A stretch of 5,791 bases of DNA from a virus, in IMG/VR virus record IMGVR_UViG_3300017753_003745, positions 1-5,791 of that record. One strand, 5' to 3'. Each line of letters begins with the position of its first letter. The first letter of the stretch is position 1. This document shows, piece by piece, positions 1 through 4,764 of the stretch. The translations under genes were made by a program, and so were the position numbers. A model generated the notes under the pieces. It searched no databases, was not told where the DNA came from, and saw nothing but the letters and a program-made list of their open reading frames with translations.

Positions 1-51
1 ACGCCAAAGCTAAGGCCTGATATTATTTCTTTAATCCACATTCTTTCGCTC
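1..51. repeat. Terminal direct repeat, copy 1 (circularisation overlap)
   Basis: acgccaaagctaaggcctgatattatttctttaatccacattctttcgctc is identical to 5741-5791. It runs through coding sequence (end of the 67-aa ORF, start of the 29-aa ORF), so it is an assembly/linearisation overlap rather than a biological repeat. Confidence 0.95.
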
Positions 52-234
52 CCAATATGAAAATATTAGGTCGGCTGCGACTGCGGCTGCAGCTATTGCA
101 CCTGTTTCAATTGCAAGTGCTGCTTCTTGCGCTACTCCCATCGTAATTAATCCGCCTGCGATCATTGATCCCACGCGCCTTAACGTTGGCTTTAGTAGCT
201 CTTTTAAAATAAATTTGTGCACATCAACTCCCAT
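31..234 (-). CDS. Small Gly/Ala-rich membrane protein (67 aa) with two predicted hydrophobic helices and a charged C-terminal tail; candidate holin/pinholin-like or pilot-associated membrane protein
   Basis: ORF track. Hydrophobic segments are VGSMIAGGLITMGVAQEAALAI and TGAIAAAAVAADLIFSYW, followed by the charged tail ERKNVD. The ATG at 234 has no clear SD. An in-frame GTG at 220-222 has GGAG (228-231) 5 nt upstream and lies 1 nt after the TGA of the upstream 73-aa ORF, so the true start may be 222. The stop overlaps the start of the downstream micro-ORF by 11 nt. Confidence 0.55.
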   Translation of the reverse strand: MGVDVHKFILKELLKPTLRRVGSMIAGGLITMGVAQEAALAIETGAIAAAAVAADLIFSYWERKNVD

Positions 235-445
235 GTTCTACACAGGACTTGTTTTGTTCTCTTAGATTCGCATAATATATATTATGAATCCGGACAAACC
301 TGTGGATGTTCTCTGTATATCTCTGATTCGTAAACATTGTCAAATTATTTTTTTGTTGCTTCAAATTTGCTTGGATTCGTTTCACTGCCATCCAGGCTAA
401 ATTTGAGTTTCCCATTGCGACCAGGGCGCATGCCTTGGTCTTCAT
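224..445 (-). CDS. Hypothetical 73-aa ORF; doubtful, may be a non-coding control region
   Basis: ORF track only. There is no SD before the ATG at 445 and no recognisable motif. It overlaps the 150-aa ORF by 101 nt and contains a promoter-like element and a 16-bp palindrome. In its favour, it is an open frame in an AT-rich stretch and its stop (224-226) abuts the possible GTG start of the next ORF. Confidence 0.25.
   Translation of the reverse strand: MKTKACALVAMGNSNLAWMAVKRIQANLKQQKNNLTMFTNQRYTENIHRFVRIHNIYYANLREQNKSCVEHGS
271..286. repeat. Perfect 16-bp AT-rich palindrome cataatatatattatg
   Basis: The sequence equals its own reverse complement (checked by hand). It lies in the least convincingly coding part of the genome and contains a CATAAT -10-like hexamer on both strands. 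Confidence 0.8.
314..343 (-). promoter_or_regulatory. Candidate sigma70-type promoter on the coding strand: TTGACA - 18 nt - TATACA
   Basis: The minus strand reads AAAAAAATAATTTGACAATGTTTACGAATCAGAGATATACAGAG. It has a perfect -35 TTGACA (338-343), an 18-nt spacer and a -10 TATACA (314-319, 4/6 match). An A-tract lies upstream. The element starts 1 nt after the TAA (345-347) of the 150-aa ORF. It could drive the small membrane ORFs, VP2 and VP1, ending at the hairpin terminator at 2971-3007. Confidence 0.35.
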
Positions 446-797
446 TACTGTTGTTATTTACACCACGGTATATATTTTTTCCTCCACTTCCGCCTCGTGC
501 CTCGTTACGGGTTGGTCTATCCTTACACCGACGCCGCAGATTTGTTTTATCTGACCTATTCTTTTCTGATAGGGGCGTTGTTATTATAGGTGCAATAATT
601 GATTGCAACCTACTTTGTATTTTTCGTACCTCAGGTGTTGCGGCGGTTCCAACCACTCCAGTCCTTCCAATACTTATAATTGGCGGACTTACGTATTTTC
701 TATTTGTTCCCGTAGCACTTCGTCGTATTTGCGTCGCGTAATTACTTTTCCGAACTGCTTTATTTGTTTTACGTGATGTTTTTCTACTTTTTGCCAT
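345..797 (-). CDS. Highly basic low-complexity protein (150 aa), overprinted on the 3' end of rep; candidate DNA-binding/packaging protein (functional analogue of phiX174 J or gokushovirus VP8, but much larger)
   Basis: ATG at 795-797 with GGAG (806-809) 8 nt upstream. The N-terminus is MAKSRKTSRKTNKAVRKSNYATQIRRSATGTNRK. By hand count there are about 35 Lys/Arg versus about 10 Asp/Glu. It is on the same strand as all other genes. The first 109 nt overlap rep in a different frame. Confidence 0.5.
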   Translation of the reverse strand: MAKSRKTSRKTNKAVRKSNYATQIRRSATGTNRKYVSPPIISIGRTGVVGTAATPEVRKIQSRLQSIIAPIITTPLSEKNRSDKTNLRRRCKDRPTRNEARGGSGGKNIYRGVNNNSNEDQGMRPGRNGKLKFSLDGSETNPSKFEATKK

Positions 798-1723
798 TCG
801 CCTTGCTCCGTATATACTTCCGCTACGTCTTTATGTTCCCATAGAATACCAGGGATACCTTTATATTCTACTTCCGTTACATCTGCCTTTGTCCAATGGT
901 CAGGTTCTACTTCTTTATCCTGCCATTTTTCGCCATATTTAACGGGCTTGTAATGTAAACGTGTCGTTTCCATTTCGACGTCGAATTCTTCGCGTCTTGT
1001 TTCATTCTCGAAATATTCTTCAAATAATTCGTTCATTGGCTCTTTTCCGTACTTTTTGTACCATCGCCATCTTATTCTTCGCATAAACATATCTTTTGTT
1101 TTGCCCTGCATACAAAAATCTTTTATTTTGTTTCTGCTATTTCGCACGTCTCTAAATTTATAAAATATATTGCGTGGCAATATCATTTCTTTTACGTGCT
1201 GTTTTGCGAGCTCTTTAAAGTATTCTTCGCCTAAAGGCGGTTTCTTGGACATAGCCAAGTGACCAACTTTAACTCGTTCGTCTTGGTCTTTCAGAACATA
1301 TTTTAATACGTACTGAAACCCTTTCCAATCTGGTTCTTGAAAATAACTAAATCCTTTAGTCCAATATTTCCAATTCACACGTTTATTGTTTTCCACTTCT
1401 GGATATTGCTTGTCAAAAAACAAGATAATATGCCAGTGCGCTCTATTTTTTTTCGTACCGTATTCTCCGGCTACTATATACCGTACTGAATATTTTTTTC
1501 TTAATCTTTTCAAAAAATCTTGTACGTCTTTGTAAACTAGCGTTGCTGCGTTTACCCCAGCTTCCCCACCGTATGTTAGTGTTGCTGCGTAAGTTCGCTT
1601 TGCAAACTTACTTTCGGCAATGCATCGACCAACGAGATCGTCAACTCTTCGTTTTCGGCATTGCCAACATTTGCGACAGCTTACTTCAACCCCATTATTC
1701 AACATCGTTGGTGTTATACACAT
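689..1723 (-). CDS. VP4: Replication initiation protein, HUH rolling-circle endonuclease (Microviridae VP4 / phiX174 gpA-like)
   Basis: Motifs read from the translation are: N-terminal MCITP...SCRKCWQCR Cys cluster, motif-1-like ATLTY, HUH motif AHWHIILF (H96/H98, about nt 1430-1438), and the double-tyrosine motif YVLKYVLKD (Y138/Y142, about nt 1298-1312). The two Tyr have the same Y-x-x-K-Y spacing as phiX174 gpA. The SD is weak, which is plausible for a low-expression Rep. Confidence 0.9.
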   Translation of the reverse strand: MCITPTMLNNGVEVSCRKCWQCRKRRVDDLVGRCIAESKFAKRTYAATLTYGGEAGVNAATLVYKDVQDFLKRLRKKYSVRYIVAGEYGTKKNRAHWHIILFFDKQYPEVENNKRVNWKYWTKGFSYFQEPDWKGFQYVLKYVLKDQDERVKVGHLAMSKKPPLGEEYFKELAKQHVKEMILPRNIFYKFRDVRNSRNKIKDFCMQGKTKDMFMRRIRWRWYKKYGKEPMNELFEEYFENETRREEFDVEMETTRLHYKPVKYGEKWQDKEVEPDHWTKADVTEVEYKGIPGILWEHKDVAEVYTEQGEWQKVEKHHVKQIKQFGKVITRRKYDEVLREQIENT

Positions 1724-1780
1724 GGGCTTGCCGTAAGCGTGTCACTAAATGCATATCCTAACAAGAGTGTGTATTCTGGG

Positions 1781-1813
1781 GCAGGGGAGTTGTACTTACG
1801 TAAACTCCCCTGC
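1781..1813. other. Strong stem-loop in the peptidase-rep intergenic region: 11-bp perfect stem gcaggggagtt / aactcccctgc
   Basis: Left arm 1781-1791, right arm 1803-1813, 11-nt loop gtacttacgta. The loop can add 3 more bp (tac/gta) around a 1-nt bulge and contains the palindrome tacgta. It begins 3 nt downstream of the peptidase stop. No T-tract follows on the coding strand, so it is not a canonical intrinsic terminator. It may be an origin, a complementary-strand priming signal or an RNA-stability hairpin. Confidence 0.75.
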
Positions 1814-1816
1814 GCG

Positions 1817-2452
1817 CTATCGTGATCGATTAGCTTCATAAACATTCTCCAAGAAAGCAAAACGAAGTCTTGTTTCTTCCGGAATCTTTATACTGTTTCC
1901 CACACAATGGTTGTAAGCTTGTCTGTATTTCTTCCAATCTTTTATCTCCCAATGTGCAGGATCCCAAAATTCCCATTCGCCGCCCCATTCAAGTTTGATG
2001 TTACGCTTCCTGGCAATTTCTTTTCCAATGGCACCTATCACGTCCCATTGTTTTTTGCTCAAATCCCACGCCTTAGTCGCGCTGATAATATCAACGGCTA
2101 AACCATACTGGTGTGGGCTTTGGCCTGCTCTTGCATTAGACCTACCTTGCGCGTGCAATTCATCTTGCCGCTCACGCGTTCTCAAAAATTCAAACGCTTT
2201 AATTGGTATACGCCTTGCTTTGCACTCTTTGTGCATCGCTTTCCAAAATTCGACTATTTGCGGGTGAACCCACATATATTCGTTTTCACTTTGGTCTATA
2301 ACAACATGAATGTTCTTATGAGCGTTTTCGTCTATTAGGTCTAAAGCAGCATCCGTATGCTTTTTATGCGCCAGTCCTTTTAAATATTGGATACGGTCTA
2401 AAAACCGTATCCACTTTAAAAAACTAAGTAGCGGCTTCACCTTCTGTAACAT
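1817..2452 (-). CDS. Zinc peptidase, M15 family (VanY / T5 endolysin-like D-Ala-D-Ala or L-Ala-D-Glu peptidase); putative endolysin
   Basis: LAS/M15 signature motifs are present: RTRERQDELHAQGRS, SPHQYGLAVD (H114-x6-D121, about nt 2090-2113) and EWGGEWEFWDPAHWE (D164/H167, about nt 1952-1963). The ATG at 2450-2452 has GGAGGA (2464-2469) 11 nt upstream and overlaps the preceding ORF by 29 nt. An alternative start at M60 (ATG 2273-2275) would give a 152-aa single-domain enzyme. Confidence 0.85.
   Translation of the reverse strand: MLQKVKPLLSFLKWIRFLDRIQYLKGLAHKKHTDAALDLIDENAHKNIHVVIDQSENEYMWVHPQIVEFWKAMHKECKARRIPIKAFEFLRTRERQDELHAQGRSNARAGQSPHQYGLAVDIISATKAWDLSKKQWDVIGAIGKEIARKRNIKLEWGGEWEFWDPAHWEIKDWKKYRQAYNHCVGNSIKIPEETRLRFAFLENVYEANRSR
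2388..2413. other. 10-bp perfect hairpin tggatacggt / accgtatcca (6-nt loop) just downstream of the 176-aa ORF stop and inside the 5' extension of the peptidase ORF
   Basis: Arms are 2388-2397 and 2404-2413, checked by hand. On the coding strand the hairpin is followed by ATATTTAAAA. It could be an attenuator or weak terminator, or a translational control element for the peptidase. Confidence 0.65.
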
Positions 2453-2954
2453 CTTCTGTTACTTCCTCCGCTACTACTGTTTTATTTGCCTGCATTTCTT
2501 TTATTTGCTGCCTCATTTCCGCAAGCTGTGTACGCTCGTCTTTCATTTGTGCATCAAAATGAGCTTTGTTTAACTTCATTATTTCCACCATTTGCCCAAA
2601 TTCTTTATTTTCGCGAATGCGTGGCTCTAAATTAACAAATTCGTCGTCCATTGTTTTTGCAACGTTTTGATCTAAATCTGGCAAATTAACCCATACCTGG
2701 GCTTTTTTGTCTGCTTTTATAAGCACCCATGAATTACTTTTTGCAGTATACTCAACCGACATCTTGTCGTCGCCACTTGCGATGAGTACTGCCTTGCTTA
2801 GATCGCTTCCCTCAACATCTGCCCATATTTCAATGGGAGAGTTCGCGATAACCTCAAACGCTACGCGTCTCGGTCTATTGCTTGGGAAGGCTATGACGTC
2901 GCCAGCATTATAATTGCTCCAATGGTCTATTACACCAACTTTAAAATGTTTCAT
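2424..2954 (-). CDS. Hypothetical structural protein (176 aa): beta-rich N-terminal half, helical/coiled-coil Gln/Lys/Glu-rich C-terminal half and acidic tail; candidate scaffolding protein (VP3-like role)
   Basis: ATG at 2952-2954 preceded by AAAGGTGATGAA (SD AGGTGA). The C-terminus DAQMKDERTQLAEMRQQIKEMQANKTVVAEEVTEDVTEGEAAT resembles a scaffold (helical plus acidic). The gene sits immediately after the capsid gene. I recognise no specific motif. Confidence 0.7.
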   Translation of the reverse strand: MKHFKVGVIDHWSNYNAGDVIAFPSNRPRRVAFEVIANSPIEIWADVEGSDLSKAVLIASGDDKMSVEYTAKSNSWVLIKADKKAQVWVNLPDLDQNVAKTMDDEFVNLEPRIRENKEFGQMVEIMKLNKAHFDAQMKDERTQLAEMRQQIKEMQANKTVVAEEVTEDVTEGEAAT

Positions 2955-2970
2955 TTCATCACCTTTTTAA

Positions 2971-3007
2971 TTTTAATAAAATGGCGGGGGAGGGAGGTTC
3001 CCCCGCC
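2971..3007 (-). terminator. Rho-independent terminator-like hairpin after the major capsid gene
   Basis: The coding strand reads GGCGGGGG-AACCTCCCT-CCCCCGCC followed by ATTTTATTAAAATT. It has an 8-bp all-G/C-rich stem (2983-2990 / 3000-3007), a 9-nt loop and a T-rich tail. It starts 10 nt after the VP1 stop. Confidence 0.7.
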
Positions 3008-3017
3008 GTTGCACTAC

Positions 3018-4700
3018 TTAGCTTTTTGTAATACGCGCTGCGTCAACTAAGTTAGTGATTGAGTCGTAGTCTGATGTCGCGTCTGCTTCTATTAAGCGAT
3101 CCCCAAACACTACGTTTGTATCGACAGTTAAATCGCTTACAGCTGTAATCTCAAAACTATCGCTTACTTGATCTGCAAAAATCTTTTTATGTAGATTTGT
3201 GCACAAGTAAAAATCGGTCGACAAACTTGGATCTGTTGTTTCATTTGTCCAAATTCTTGACCGAACCTCTGTGTATGCATCGTTAGCCGGTCTATAAAAT
3301 TTACCGCCTACATTAATCTGATCTCGATTGTATTCGTGATTTAATGGTGCATATCCTAAAGTTGCGTCTGGAGCACTATGATTAACGTCCAGGTGGTTTT
3401 TCTTAACCACTGCAACTTTTTCTGGGTCCAAACTGTCCCGTAGGGCATTTGGCAAATTATCAGTATCTGTTGTATACAAGAAATAATCTTTCTTGCGTTC
3501 CCAAACCCTCTCTGGTGCGATTTCTAAACATGTCATCACTATGCCGCCAATACTTGTCCTGGGCGCTCGCACTCTGTAACCCAATGATACAAATCCATTT
3601 GTTGCTGTATCATCTAAATTTCCACTATCGGTTGCAAACCGTTGTGAAAATCCAAACATTCCAGTTTGTGATCCAATCAACATAGGTTGTTTCATTACTT
3701 CTGTTGGTACTGTTATACCTTGCATTAACAAATCAATTATATATTCGTCGTCTATACCATCATAAGCAGCTCTTATTTTTGCAAACGCTGCCGTTTTTCT
3801 GGCTTGCTCGATGTCTGCTAAAGACATTTTAGCTCCGCCACCTTCTGTTATTTCTGCCCATAAACGGTCAAAAACCCATCCACCAGTCGATCCGTCTGGC
3901 GCAACTTGGGTAGAACTTAATTGAAATTTGTTTACATCACTTTCTGCAGGTGAATACATAGTTGACGCACCAGTTGTACTTTCGTCACCAGCTAGAAATG
4001 TTGTCCCAACACTCATAGCAGTTGACCTTAACGGTGCTTTAAATGTCAACGCGTTTAACGCTACTTCACCATCTATTAGCTTTTGATCAAAATCAGCCAT
4101 AATATGACTGTTTCCTTCGTTTGGCCAAAATGCTTCCGCAAGATCATGTTCAAATTCGTTACGCACAGCTAAACTTGTAGATCTTGCTTTTCTTCTATGG
4201 TTCACAATTGCGTTATATGCTTGCACGTAACTATTGTTCATGTCTGCTACACCATGATGTAGCCCCATAGTTCCATAAAATGTCGCTCTGCCATTATCGC
4301 CAGAATCCATATCTGTTGGAGTACTGTCTGTAACAACCGCTGAACCGTTATAATATTTATTCTTTTCAAAAAAACTTACCGGTGACCCCGCTATTCCGTT
4401 TTCTTTGCTATAACTTCTATTTAATTCATCTATTGACCCGTTAAACTGGTCAAATGCTAAATAGGGTACAAAATATGTGCATGCTTTCGCCACAATAGCG
4501 TTCACTGGCTTTTCTGATGTTTCCATCATTTCCACTGATACATTTACATTTCCGCTGAAACCTTCTTCGCGTAATATTGGATCTGCTTTAATCGGTAATA
4601 TCTTACCCGCATCCCCTGACGTTAATACACGTCCTTTGCTCATACGTCTTGTGCGCTGAAAGCTCACTGGGACGTTAGGTATCATTTCTGTATTTCTCAT
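3018..4700 (-). CDS. VP1: Major capsid protein (Microviridae VP1 / phiX174 F-like)
   Basis: This is the largest ORF (560 aa), the usual size for VP1. The N-terminal pattern (VSFQRTRRMSKGR...GKILPIKADPILREEGF...TYFVPYLAF) resembles the conserved start of F/VP1 jelly-roll proteins as I recall them. A purine-rich SD AGGAGAAG (4707-4714) lies upstream and a terminator downstream. The pilot and Rep gene context also fits. Confidence 0.85.
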   Translation of the reverse strand: MRNTEMIPNVPVSFQRTRRMSKGRVLTSGDAGKILPIKADPILREEGFSGNVNVSVEMMETSEKPVNAIVAKACTYFVPYLAFDQFNGSIDELNRSYSKENGIAGSPVSFFEKNKYYNGSAVVTDSTPTDMDSGDNGRATFYGTMGLHHGVADMNNSYVQAYNAIVNHRRKARSTSLAVRNEFEHDLAEAFWPNEGNSHIMADFDQKLIDGEVALNALTFKAPLRSTAMSVGTTFLAGDESTTGASTMYSPAESDVNKFQLSSTQVAPDGSTGGWVFDRLWAEITEGGGAKMSLADIEQARKTAAFAKIRAAYDGIDDEYIIDLLMQGITVPTEVMKQPMLIGSQTGMFGFSQRFATDSGNLDDTATNGFVSLGYRVRAPRTSIGGIVMTCLEIAPERVWERKKDYFLYTTDTDNLPNALRDSLDPEKVAVVKKNHLDVNHSAPDATLGYAPLNHEYNRDQINVGGKFYRPANDAYTEVRSRIWTNETTDPSLSTDFYLCTNLHKKIFADQVSDSFEITAVSDLTVDTNVVFGDRLIEADATSDYDSITNLVDAARITKS

Positions 4701-4764
4701 TTTTTTCTTCTCCTGTTAATAATTCGTTTAATTATTTTTCTTATTTTTTTACACTTTGTGCAGC

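Noticed and set aside
1-51. Terminal repeats as LTR/ITR-type ends of a mobile element or as phage DTRs
   Set aside because: The repeat is direct and exact, and it interrupts ORFs at an arbitrary point. No integrase, transposase or packaging terminase is present. The simplest reading is the overlap of a circular assembly.
337-741. 134-aa plus-strand ORF (TTG start) antisense to the basic ORF and the rep 3' end
   Set aside because: It uses a non-ATG start with no SD, and its Leu/Phe/Pro/Arg-rich composition is typical of an antisense shadow of a Lys/Arg/Gly-rich frame. It is also on the opposite strand to every supported gene in a family with strictly unidirectional transcription.
1792-1802. 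Hairpin loop TACGTAAGTAC as a CRESS-virus-like nonanucleotide nick site (TAGTATTAC/TAATATTAC type)
   Set aside because: The resemblance is only loose. Microvirus Reps belong to the two-Tyr phiX174-type group, whose known origin is not a nonanucleotide loop. The hairpin is retained only as a generic origin or structure candidate.
2348-2361. 5-bp hairpin agcat-ccgt-atgct followed by a T-run on the plus strand (terminator-like)
   Set aside because: The stem is too short and it is on the non-coding strand inside the peptidase ORF. It is likely fortuitous.
4718-4736. Small inverted repeat aataatt-cgttt-aattatt in the VP2-VP1 spacer
   Set aside because: It is a 7-bp all-A/T stem in an AT-rich spacer, so stability is negligible and it is expected by chance. 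The spacer is better explained as the leader and SD region of VP1.
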